From Octopus bimaculoides (taxonomy: Eukaryota), in assembly GCF_001194135.2 (NCBI RefSeq), contig NC_068986.1:26429308-26493307 (forward strand): DNA of 64,000 nt, read 5' to 3'. Below the pieces are notes generated by a model, which was not told the origin of the DNA, made no database searches, and saw only the letters and a program-made list of their open reading frames with translations. Position numbers and translations under genes: made by a program. Below, in pieces: positions 37,101-48,400 of this stretch; within the stretch, counting starts at the first letter, position 1; every line of letters begins with the position of its first letter.

Positions 37101-38990
37101 ATCCATATCACGTCCTCACGTTGTTGTTTTTTGTTATTGTATTTTGTCTTTTTTTGAACTTATATATATATATATATATAAAACATCTAATGAATCATTT
37201 ATACTTGTGCGTAATTATCATATAGTAATATTGTTACATAAATAAATTAAATATAAATTAACAATTACACAAAAAAGAACTATATAAGCCACTTGCACTC
37301 AATGGAAAATGAACAGTAAACACTAATTACTACAGACTATGAAGAAAGATCATTACATCACTTTGTTAAGAGTAATGGGGAAAGTCTCAAAAAGGATACT
37401 TTCTTGACGTCTTCTTAAGTTTTCTGTTTCTTGATATACTGGGAGAATTGTGTTTTCTAGCTTGCATAATCTTGTTTCAAAACTGTTTAAGATGGCTAAC
37501 ATGTTCTGTGTATTTGTATTGCTTTTATTAAGAGACTCCTTCAGTACAGAGAGATTGTACATCTCCTGAAAAGAAATGACAATAAAATGAGAAAATGAGA
37601 CTTTACAATTGCTCTACAGTAATAAAAATCAAAACCAAAACATTTTAACATTAAATATGAGTTGTTGCTGTTGTTTAATATAAAGTTAGTCCATATTGAG
37701 CAGACCCATGACCATAAGTCAGCTCAATGAGAGTATTAAGAAAGGAAAGCTGACAATAATAACAGGAAACAGTAGAGTGGTGAAAGCATCTAGTGTAATG
37801 TTCCCATTATTTCAATCAGATCAAAGGTGGCGAGCAGGCAGAATCGTTAGCATGCCAGATGAAATGCTTAGCAATATTTTGTCTGCCACTACATCTGAGT
37901 TCAAATTCCGCTGAGGTCGACTTTGCCTTTCATCCTTTCAGGGTCGATAAATTAAGTACCAGTCAAGTACTGGAGTCAATGTAATCGACTGTCGCCCTCT
38001 CCACAGATTCCAGGCCTTGTGCTTATAGTAGAAAGGATTATTTCAATCAGAAAAGCAAGCTTCTTACCACACAGCCACTCCTGCGCCTGATGTTGAAAGT
38101 TATTCAAATTTTTAGTTCAACATTCTAAATTAGATAGATATGCTGATGCCATAAAAAAAGCACTCGTGCCAGCGCCTCGTTAAAAGCACCCAGAAAACAC
38201 TGTAATGTAGTTGGAGTTAGGAAGGGCATATAGCCGTAGAAACGAAGCTAAATGAGACTGGAACCTGGTACAACTTTTCTGCATGCCAACTCTAACCAAA
38301 CCGTCCAACCCATGCCAGCATGGAAAACTGACATCACAAGAGATGACAATGATGAAGTCTCAGCGAGTAATAAACTTTCCAAACATCAACTAGTAATGAC
38401 AAATAGTTTAAGCGTTTTCCGCAAAGGTTTAGATAATGTAAATTTTCGGAATATTCTCAAAAGGAGAGTTTTTCTGAAGTCAACGTTTGTCTTCAGAAAA
38501 AGTCTTTATGGGTAGTGCCTTGCAAGAATCAGTAGAGCGTTAGATAAAATGCTATGCGGTACTTATTCCGGTTCTCCACATTCTGAGTTCAAACTCCGGC
38601 AAAGTCAACCTTGCCTTTCATCTTTTCAGGATTGTTAAAATAAAAGTACCATTCAAGTACAGGGGTCGGCGATGTAATCGACTTAATCCCCACCTCCCTC
38701 AAAATTTCCGGCTTTGTATCTATACCAGAAACAATTATTGTTATTCTTACAGTCTCTTCGAACTTCATCAATAAATCACTTGTTGACAACTTAAACGTAG
38801 TAAAAACAAAAGAAATTATAGGGAGTAGTTGAAATGCTGATATTTTACCACTCAAGACATTCCTTCATCTTGATGTCCTGACCATCAGCTGTGGGTGATA
38901 ATGACGGAAAGAACTTGTCAACAAAGCACTCACCTTCTCCAGTTTTCTGTCGATGTCTGCTTTAAGCACTGAAATATCATCCATGTCCAT
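7260..38990 (-). CDS. EXOC7: Exocyst complex component 7 (Exo70), 22 coding exons, 2094 nt, 697 aa
   Basis: Coding exons (minus strand): 38934-38990, 37400-37565, 36656-36740, 35413-35521, 34458-34575, 33342-33510, 31606-31675, 29051-29109, 27372-27421, 27129-27235, 26209-26313, 23483-23602, 22885-22944, 22679-22717, 20002-20064, 18723-18789, 14001-14072, 11693-11813, 10889-10984, 9312-9393, 8553-8594, 7260-7496. All introns GT-AG with matching phases. Family motifs: ILNSFETRLCKLENTILPV, MPKDGTVHELT, IFLLNNYNYIIKSL, LKDKERQNIKDKFTGFN, FTKNPDKYIKY, terminal IDKFFDASA*. Confidence 0.96.
8094..8325. mobile_element. piggyBac-type MITE
   Basis: TTAA|CCCTTTAGCATTCA at the left end; degenerate right end TGAATGCTACAGAAA|TTAA. 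Confidence 0.55.
12980..13185. mobile_element. pogo/Tigger-type MITE
   Basis: TA|CAGTAATTCCTCACCATATC ... GATAGTCAAGGGATTACTG|TA imperfect TIRs with TA duplication. Confidence 0.55.
15346..15586. mobile_element. Foldback MITE with ~90-bp inverted arms
   Basis: Left arm ACACAAATGGCATTTAAAATTTACGACAGCTGTTT... pairs (about 75-80% by eye) with right arm ...AAACAGCTGTCATGAATTGTAAATGCCATTCGTGT; ~60-bp loop. Confidence 0.6.
15587..16020. repeat. Compound (TA)n/(CA)n/(TG)n microsatellite block
   Basis: Direct reading; contains a 10-N gap and produces spurious YI/HT-rich ORFs. Confidence 0.95.
16024..16460 (+). mobile_element. RTE-clade LINE ORF2 3' fragment (degraded)
   Basis: SLRVKGRLYDACVHTAMLHGSETW...VQERRLCWFGHVMCMDEDGCVKKC with in-frame stops; same family as 1250-1490. 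Confidence 0.85.
21300..21460 (-). mobile_element. RTE/BovB-like LINE C-terminal fragment
   Basis: Minus strand reads WSGHLSCMSDNRIPK*LLFGQFSTGKSVGRPLLHFKDKLKDNLKRCNI. Confidence 0.7.
22333..22630 (+). mobile_element. RTE 3'-tail-derived repeat, opposite orientation to 735-1019
   Basis: Near-identical reverse complement of 735-1019, ending in a (GAT)n tail next to the EXOC7 exon 22679-22717 donor. Confidence 0.75.
23871..24098. mobile_element. Mariner-type MITE
   Basis: TA|TTGGGTTGTCTGGAAAGTTTGTGC ... GCACGAACTTTCCAGACAACCCAA|TA. Confidence 0.75.
24698..25737 (+). mobile_element. Tc1/mariner DNA transposon, maT (DD37D)-like, with perfect 29-bp TIRs
   Basis: TA|CAGGGTGGGGCATAAATACTGTTACAAAA ... 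TTTTGTAACAGTATTTATGCCCCACCCTG|TA; interrupts an older SINE at ...AGTACTTA|...|GTATCAGTCTC; lies in EXOC7 intron 11. Confidence 0.92.
24844..25616 (+). pseudogene. maT-like transposase with N-terminal in-frame deletion; catalytic middle hidden by an N gap
   Basis: CSDEKLFSVQQSHNHQNDR (first catalytic D), KPASVMVWAAIS, KTPLVFV; after the gap (P)LDYSLWSILE...CWNKIPLDVVRAAIDDFPKRLRSVVKARGKHFE* (third catalytic residue D). Confidence 0.8.
27707..27977. mobile_element. piggyBac-type MITE
   Basis: TTAA|CCCTTTCAACCTGG ... CCAGGCGGAAAGGG|TTAA; internal N gap. Confidence 0.75.
28520..29010 (+). mobile_element. Degraded CR1/L2-type LINE reverse-transcriptase fragment
   Basis: INPGVPPGLVLSPTLFL..INDLL matches the RT GVPQGSVLSPxLFxxYINDL motif; frameshifted. 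Confidence 0.7.
30372..30733. mobile_element. hAT (Charlie-type) MITE
   Basis: CAATGGTTCCCAAC ... GGTTCAGAATCA termini; exact 8-bp flanking duplication TTCTAGAA (30364-71, 30734-41). Confidence 0.7.
32908..33122. mobile_element. Mariner-type MITE nested in a tRNA-SINE
   Basis: TA|CGAAGGGTGCTGAAAAGTTCCTGG ... CCAGGAACTTACAGCACTCCCTCG|TA. Confidence 0.7.
37825..38035 (+). mobile_element. tRNA-derived SINE family (GGCAGAATCGTTAGC..GAGTTCAAATTCCGCCGAGGTCGACTTTGCC)
   Basis: Further copies at about 8935-9150, 23640-23850, 32210-32400, 38540-38730, 41720-41910, 48235-48450 and 51840-52020, in both orientations. Confidence 0.7.
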
Positions 38991-39005
38991 TTTGACAAAA
39001 GGTAT

Positions 39006-39439
39006 CTGCAGAAATCCTCACACACCTGACACCACACTTTAGACATTCACACACACAAACACCAACTCTGATGGTCGCCTTCACTCTGCAAAAACACACA
39101 CCTCCTTTCTCATTACACCTTCTCTCACTACTACTTAGCTTCTATTGTCACTTAGGGATACCATTTTATGGTTGTCGTTCTTGGGTTTAGACAAATGAAT
39201 GATAAAATATAAAAACACAACTGAAATATATATTATACATATTGATATTAATAACTATATTAATTTACTATAAATAAAGAATACCGTAAATGTCGACTTA
39301 TTATTCCACTAATTTCTTACAGCATTTCTACTTCGTTTTTGGTTGCAAGGTCACGTGGCTAACTATGGCGGCTTAAAATATCAACTCAATATTTATTTTA
39401 GTTTGTTTTCCTATTATCTGACAATCTAAACGAAAGAAA
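39006..39439. promoter_or_regulatory. Bidirectional promoter / 5'UTR region shared by EXOC7 and WBP11
   Basis: Divergent ATGs at 38990 (-) and 39440 (+). EXOC7 acceptor at 39006-07 and upstream minus-strand GTAAG donor at 39320 imply a non-coding first exon. GTCACGTG 39350-57, ATGGCGGC 39365-72. No transposon sequence in the interval. Confidence 0.75.
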
Positions 39440-42400
39440 ATGGGACGCAGATCTATAAACACCACTAAAAGTGGGAAGTATATGAACCCCACTGATCAAG
39501 CCAGTAAGTTTTATTTTTCGTATAGCAATAAATGTTTAGAATCGATGTTAAAGGAGCATCAATGAGTTTATTTATCCTAAGTGCCCCCCGACCAAATCTC
39601 AGCTCCTGAGTTTTCTGTAAATGGTTTTGTTATTTGACTCCTATTAATTTTTACGCTTGGAATTATTGCCTCGGTGATTTATTTTCTTGACATCATTGCA
39701 TTAATAAACTAATAATTAACATTACTTGTTATGCTAATTGGTCATTGAAGTGAAGGGTTTTGCAAACATATTTTGTGTTATTTTTTTCCTGAACTGAATT
39801 CAGTGAAATGGTAACAGAAAGTCCTTTCAGGCCGATTTTAGTTAAGCATGAAGAAAAATAACTGTCTACGCATTATTTTCTCCTTACAACACAAATGATA
39901 TTGCAATGTTAAAACTGGGTGAATTGTGAACTAGAGAAAAAATACTGCGATAAGGAAATAGAAAAACAACGGAGCAAGGATAAATTATAATAAAATGTTA
40001 TTCATCAAGAAATGAAATGGAATAAACTCTGATTATATTGACAATCTAGAGAAAATATATGACTAAACTTCTCTGATTTTGTATTTTTGGTTTGAATGCA
40101 TTTTGGAACTTTGGTATGTTGCATTTACATGACCAGATATTCCACTATGAGGTCTGCAATTTCAAACTTTTGCCAAAAGCCTTAGATATACTCTACTCTT
40201 TTACTTGTTTCAGTCATTTGACTGCGGCCATGCTGGGGCACCACCTTTAGTCGAGCAAATCGACCCCGGGAATTATTCTTTGTAAGCCTAGTACTTATTC
40301 TATCGGTGTCTTTAGCCGAACCGCTAGGTGACGGGGACATAAACACACCAGTATCGGTTGTCAAGCAATGCTAGGGGGACAAACACAGACATACAAACAC
40401 ACACACATATATATACATATATGCGACAGGCTTCTTTCAGTTTCCGTCTACGAAATCCACTCACAAGGCTTTGGTCGGCCCGAGGCTATAGAAGATATTT
40501 GCCCAAGGTGCCACGCAGTGGGACTGAACCCGGAACTATGTGGTTGGTAAGCAAGCTACTTACCACACAGCCACTAAATATGTTTCTAATTGATATAAGA
40601 CAAACATTCTTTTGATTGATGTCTTTTGTTGTTTAGCCCTAGGTAAGTATCGATTAAGCAGATCTGTAATCAGATGTATTCTTGCCACATCTGATCCAAT
40701 CTATATTTCAAGCTTAATGTATCTAAGACAACATCATACATTATATTGTATGGTAAGTAGCTTGCTTACCAACCACATGGTTCCGGGTTCAGTCCCACTG
40801 CGTGGCACCTTGGGCAAGTGTCTTCTACTATAGCCTTGGACCGACCAATGCCTTGTGAGTGGATTTGGTAGGCGGAAACTGGAAGAAGCCTGTCGTATAT
40901 ATATATATATATGTGTGTGTGTATATATCTTTGTGCGCTTGTGTTTGTCCCCCAACATCGCTTGACAACCGATGCTGGTGTGTTTACGTTCCCGTAACTT
41001 AGCGGTTCGGTGAAAGAGACCGATAGAATAAGTACTAGGCTTACAAAGAATAAGTCCTAGGGTCGATTTGCTTGACTAAAGGCGGTGCTCCAGCATGGCC
41101 GCAGTCAAATGACTGAAACGAGTAAAACAGTAAAGAAAGTTTGGCTGCTGTTTCTAACAAGTCAAGTGATCACATAAAAACTTCCTCATTGTCTGGCTTT
41201 TAAATTAGTGCTCACCGAAGTAGATGAAAGCTTCCGTAAAAATGCATAGCATATGTCACACATTGATAACCACATTTATGAATATGACAAGTGGATCACT
41301 TTTTATTTTTCATCTTATTGACCTGAAAATCTTCAGTCTGAGAGGTAGCAAGCAAATCTCATATGGTCTGCAACAAAACTACAAACAGCAAATTCAGTAC
41401 CAAACATTTCAATCAAAATATATATATATAAAGAAATGTAACTAGAAAGAATCCAGTAATAAATGACGTAATTAAGAAAAAAAGAACCATTAGAGAATTA
41501 GGTGCATCATATTATTGGATGGTATGTGGTAGAATCAATAGGGCATCTTTTAGTTACATACTGTGTTCAAATCCTACCAAGGTCAGCTTTATCTTTCATC
41601 TTTTCCATGGTTAAAATTAGTAGTAATTAAGTACTGGGGTCAGTATAATCAAGCATGTGTCCTCCTCTGAATTTATGGTCTCCTATCAATTGTAGGAATC
41701 AGTTTAAGTCTATTTGAAGATAGCAAGCTGGCAGAATTGTTAGCATGTTGGGCAAAGTGCTTAGCAGCATTTCTTCCATCTTTATATTCAGAGTTCAAGT
41801 TCTGCCAAGGTCATCTTTTTGGGGTTGATAAAATAAGTACCAATTAAGCATTGGGGTCCATGTAATCCCCTGAAATTGCTGGTCTTGTACCAAAATTTGA
41901 AACCAATTAAGTCTATTTGGGTCTTCTCACTAGCTTCCCAATTTTCACTACTTCTTCAAAGTAAGTAGTGGTTCTGAGGAATATCAACTGATCACATTTT
42001 AATTTTATGGGGTAGCAATGAAGCTAAGTATAAATTTTTTGTGTTTACAATTGTAGTAGTAAATACAGTCATAGCTATCTAGTTAAAAATGCTCACTTTG
42101 TAGCCATATGGCTCAAGTTTGATCCCACTTTGTTAAGCCTTGGGCAAGTGTCTTCTACTGTAGCTTTCAAGAAACCACTAGTTTGGGGTGAAATTTTGGA
42201 GATGAAAACTGTGTGGAAGCCCATTATATATATATATATATATCATTTGATGTGTATTTGTGTTTGTTTCTGTCAAGATTGTAAAACTTCACCATTGTTG
42301 ACCTGGGACTAAACAGTTGATACACTCACTGAGTAATAAGTCAACATTAAGGGGCATAGCTGGTTGAAACCAGTTCATGCAAATATTCAGCTCTGAGTAA

Positions 42401-45375
42401 AGCTATAAAAAACATAAATGAAAAGGAGTAATAAAAATTTATTATTTTAAAATGTCTAATTGTATGTTCTATTAATCAGACATAACCTGTCATTCTTATT
42501 TCAGGAAAAGAGGCAAGAAAAAGGGAGTTAAAAAAAGTGAGTATTTGTTATCATGCACAAAACCAGTCTATTAAAACAAAAATACGCTGTGATGACACAG
42601 ACATTTTAGGTTTAATGCTTTACTTCATATCCTCCCCCTCATCTTCACCACCATCATTATCACCACCAACATCATGATTATCATCTTCCATCATTGTCAT
42701 CATTTCCACAGCCTGCATTACCATGAAAAATTGTTGAGGTTCACCTGATTCTGATAAAATTGACTTTGGTATTTTTACTTTTGTATTTTTAGAACAAAAA
42801 GCAGCGTATGCTTGTACGCCAAGCTGTGCTGAAAGGAAAAGACCCTACCAAAATATTACAAGAGATGGAGATAATCGACAAAATGGGTAAACTTACTGTT
42901 TATTTTTATTTTATTGCATCTTTTTTTTTCCAGTATTTCTGACTAAAGTTCTTTATTTTAAAAACCAAACTTGGTGATCGTCAAGTACAGTTTAATTTTA
43001 ACACCATAAAAATGATGAAAGGGTCCTAGTAATAATGTTCTGAATATAACTTGAAACTTATTGGGTCAGCTAACTAGTAATACAACCTGTAGTCCCAATC
43101 TGGCCTACAAACTTAATGTAAGCACTTCATAAAGAAATTCTTTGTTTCCTTTATCAATTTTTACTTAACCCTTTAACAGCAACATTAATTTTCATGATTA
43201 TTCCAGTTATGATGTTGAATATCTACAAAAAATAGAATTGGTATTTTCTGCAAGTCACATTGCCCCAATAAAATCAACATATCTCAGCAAAAAATAGTTC
43301 CAAGCATGCCATTCCTCAACAAAAGATCAATTGGTACATAAAGCTGCTTTCTGCAGTTAAGGTTAATGAAATTTCGAGGGAATATATCTGATTTTTGCTG
43401 TAAAAGGGTTAAGGATCTATAAAATTCAGTATTAGAAAATAGAGTGCCCCCTGGCTGGCTCCTCTGCTGATGGCACGTAAAAACCACCATCCGAACATGG
43501 TTGATACCAGTGCCCTCTGACTGGCTCCGCTGCCAGTGGCACATAAAAAGCACCATCCAAGTGTAGTTGATACCAGTGTCCCCTTACTCGCTCCTGTGCC
43601 AGTGGCACATAAAAAACACCCATTACAACTCTCAGAATGGTTGGCGTTAGGAAGGGCATCCAGCTGTAGATGAGTTCAGATTGGAGCCTTGTGCAGCCCA
43701 CTGGCTTGCCAGACCTCAGTCAAACCATCCAACCCATGCCAACATGGAAAGTGGACATTAAAGAATGATGATGATGATGTTATTTTTGTAGTAGCTTCAA
43801 ACGAATCATTATCATCTTCATCATCATCATCATCATAATGATAAAAAGAAAGATAACAACATCCTGGCCTCTGATCTAGTCAGGTATCAATGTTCTCTTA
43901 TTATCATAACTCAAAATATCAATCAATGATTTAGGTTAATACAAAAGAAAAAGTGATTACTTCATTTGGTAGATTTTTTAAACAATAAATTGTTTTCTCT
44001 TTCATAAATGAATTGATCTACAAACACTAACAACATGTTATATTCTGTTGCAATACAGTTTACTTGAATAATCAACTCTAAGAAAGGAGAGAGTGACAAA
44101 AAAAAAAAAAACGTTTACTTGTTTGTTGGGAAATGGAAGTGGCCTGATTAACTCCATACTTACCTTGAGACCACAACCATCTCTGGCTCTCCTCCCTGTT
44201 CAACCTAACCAAAAATGTTTTAATTCTTCACTGTGTGTTGTGCTATACATGGCACATACTAATTTTTAAGTCATTAAATGTGGAGTGATTCCTTCGTTAC
44301 AAATTTTATTATCACTTTTCATCATCATCATCATCTTAATCTCCACTTCTCCATACTTGCATGAGTGAGAGGGAATGCATTGAAGCAGATTTTCTAAGGA
44401 TGCCTTTTCTCTCACCAGCCCTTGCTTGTTTCCTATTTGCTTTGTAGATATATCCTCTGCTCTTAATTTTTTTTTCCAGAATATGATCCAACCCAACCGC
44501 CCAAACTAAATGAGAAAGTCTTGAAAGACAAACGGAAGAAACTTAAAGAAACTTTCCTGCGAATTCTAAAGCTCTATGTAAGTAACCAGTTGAACCAATA
44601 TATTATAGTGGGGTGGTGTCATTTGAAAGCTAAAACAATGTGAAGCGCATTGTGACCAGCGTTGTATAACAACATCCGATAGTCTGGTGGATGCCATGAT
44701 ACCATCATATATGTATATAAAAAATAGTTCTCTGTAACAATTGCTTGCTGAGTTTGAGCAATGTGCAGAATTTGAACAATAGCATGTAGATATGCAGTGT
44801 GCAGAAGTATACTTCTATCCTTTTCTCACTGTTTTCTTGGATGAAATTGATTTTGCTAATACATACTCATAGACACAAACTTACAGCAAATATTAATACC
44901 ATTACATATAGCTTTTTGTTTTGTTATTGAATTTCTGTGTTTATATGCATATGTTTATATTAGTGCTATATATTAATACATACATACATACACACATACC
45001 ACCACCACCATGACTACCATCATCAGCATCAGCACACACACACATATATATATATATCATCATTATCATCATCAACTACACACAAGCCTGTAGCAAACAT
45101 TATCAACTTTCAGATATCTTTCAGTTTTACTGCTAAATGAATGTCTGTGTATATTTGTATAGTATATATTAGTACATTGGTATATGTATGTGTGTATGTA
45201 TACATATATATATATATACATATATATATATAACAGGTATGGCCATGTGATTCTCCCAGTNNNNNNNNNNNNNNNNNNNNNNNNNNNNNNNNNNNNNNNN
45301 NNNNNNNNNNNNNNNNNNNNNNNNNNNNNNNNNNNNNNNNNNNNNNNNNNNNNNNNNNNNNNNNNNNNNNNNNNN

Positions 45376-45418
<43 letters not shown>

Positions 45419-48400
45419 ACAGGTATGGCCATGTGATTCTCCCAGTCACACACCCTATCTTCTTAAAAAGGAAGGTTGTCATATATAAAAGCCAATGTCA
45501 GTCTTCAAAAAATCTCTCATGCTTCAATCTTTAAAAAAATTAAGTACACATTGAATAATATTGCCCTTATTATACAAAAATGACAGAATGCTCATGACTG
45601 GAATGCTGTTTATCATAGGTCTGTTCCTCGAACAAAACCTGGGGATAAGCAGTAACAAATAGGAGAACCCTTATGTGGTAACCAACGTCAGAGCCACTGA
45701 ATGTTCATTGAAACTGCTAGAAACAACAGCTAGAAACATGCTAGCCATATTCTAAATTGTAGTACTCCATTTCATATGCATATTACATAGTCTTGGATAT
45801 GGCGAGGAGAACAAATGTTAAGAAATAATGACACCAGTGTTAATTATAATGATGATGAAGTTGCAATAGAAAAAGGGTTAATTGAAACATGCACTACGAT
45901 TTTAACCTAAATCTTATTGTCACTTTAAACTAATCTCTGTATATGGAAATATCCATGTAAGATATTATTGAATGGCATTTTGAAGAACAGGTTGTAAATT
46001 TTTGTTAAAAAGTTAGATGCATATTTGACATTAATAAAAAAGAGTCTATTATTGCTTGATTTTGTTTGCAATATTTTAGTATGACTTTTGTTTTTCATCT
46101 CGTCTTACAGGATAAAGAAAATCCTGAGTATGCATTAGAACTAAGGCGAGCAGAGTCTGAGTATGATAAGAAGAGGATCCAGTTACAGATATACTTTGGT
46201 TAGTTCTACAGCCATTCACATCAACTGCAACTATTTTTTTAACCAATTAGGGAACCTCTAGAAACAGCTTCTAAATCTCCTTCAAACCAAACCCCACGAT
46301 CTTTAAAAAAGAGAAGGGTGTATTAGACAGTGTTAGTCTTATATAGAGAGAAACACACATGATGGACACTCTAGACAATGTTAGTCTCAGATATACAAAG
46401 AGACAAGATGAGGACAGCTCAAATGCTTTTGATCATAAGTCTGATCAGTCAGGCTGACCTAAGGCTAAAGAGCACAACAGAGGTCACAGCTTGAATACTT
46501 TTACCCATAAATCTGCTTAGTCAAGAATGATTGAGCGTTGAATCAGTAGCAATGTCAAAATAACAACTAAAAGAGTAAGTGGTTTCCAATACTCAAATTT
46601 TCCTCTAAACTTTTCTTACTGTCTTACATATACAAACAGCAGATTTCTAGTCCATAGCTGTTGGAGAATAAGCCAAAACAGATGAGAGGGTGTTGTTTGA
46701 GGGTTAACTAAATTATAGGGGACCACTGAGTTGGACGCACTAATTTATGGATCATTAATAATTTACCTTGAAAAAAGTGGTGTGCACCGACGCAGTTATT
46801 GTAAGCGAGAGAATCACTTCTCGATTTATCTTAGCGTGGTTCGAAATTTAAATCGAAGAATAATGAAGGAGTTATAAGATCTTAAATTTTATAGTCATAA
46901 ATAGCCATATATAGCACCATTTCATCTTTATTTGAAATCAACATGGTACAACCTTTGGCAAATAAGTTACACTTGTTTACTGGAGGGATTCAACAGTAAA
47001 TGTCCAAATTGTATGACTGAAATATGCAACATACAATAAATTGAAGCTACAACTAGAAATGCTAGAAATTATTTATAAGTTCTGTTCATTTTTAACAATC
47101 ACTTCTCCATGCTTGCATGGGTCAGATGGAATTTGTTGTGGCAAGGTTTCTACAGCCAGATACCTTTTCTGTCACCATCACTTACCTGTTTCCAAGCTAG
47201 GTAATATTTCTTCATGGCCAGGTATATTTTTCATGGAAGACTGAAAAATGAACAACATCGCTTGTATGGCAGTGATGCCTATTTACAATCATCACATGAT
47301 GTCAAGACAAAGGTACACACACGCATGCTCGTATATAGATACATATACGATATGCTTTATTCAGGTTCCATACCAAATCCACTCATAAGGCTTTGGTTGG
47401 CCCCAGGTTATATGAGAAGACACTTGCCTAAGTTGTTGTGCAGTAAGATTGGATATGGTTGGGAAGCAAGCTTCTTGCTGATAAAGTTTATAAAGTTAAA
47501 TTTAAAAATAAAAACATATGAGGATTACACTTTTAAAGTTCTGGAAATTAAAGTTGATTTGTCAAATGTTCCAGTGGTTTATAATCTCAGGAATATTTTG
47601 TAAGATTTAATCATCTTCTTGTCACCTCTAGACCTTGTGTATTTCAATTAAATATTACTTTTATATTTCAGAACAAGTGAAGAATGCTGAACGTGTACAA
47701 CTGGATCAGATTCCTCTGCCTGACTTACCCTTGGAATACACCAGTAAATTAACATATTTGTTATCTACTTTCTTTTTGTCCTTGTAATGATTAATGATGT
47801 TCTTCATTTTCAGTGTTTAAAATATGAGTCTTTCGGAATTACCAGATGAAGATCTAATTAATGTTAACCAAAACTATTGTATTATATATAAAGTGTGTGT
47901 GTGTGTGGACACTGCAAACTATGTCCCAGGTAATCCATTTGGAGGACACTAACCCCAAAGAAGGAGTTGTTCAGGGTGGAGGCTCCTCTTTGGTCCTCTT
48001 TCATTCGACAGCTTCTTTAGTATTTGTGGCATGATTGAATGCTTTCAATACACTTTGCATAGAGGTTGGTGATAGAAGATACATCTAGCATAGATAGCAA
48101 GCCAAAAAAATGAAATACATGAGCAAGACATGGACTCTGCAAGGTGCAATGCAAGCTAGCCATTTAGGAGAGTTGTAACTCTAAGTAAGAACTCATACAG
48201 ATATACAGGGGAACTCTTAAATATTTCTTATTTCTTTATTGCCCACAAGGGGCTAAACATAGAAGGGACAGACAAAGGGATTAAGTCAATTATATCGATC
48301 CCAGTGCGTAACTGGTACTTAATTTATCAACCCTGAAAGGATGAAAGGCAAAGTCGACCTCGGCAGAATTTGAACTCAGAACATAACGGCAGACGAAATA

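Noticed and set aside
45225-45447. Direct repeat TATAACAGGTATGGCCATGTGATTCTCCCAGT on both sides of an N gap
   Set aside because: Identical sequence flanking a scaffold gap next to (TA)n is best explained as an unmerged contig overlap, not a real duplication.
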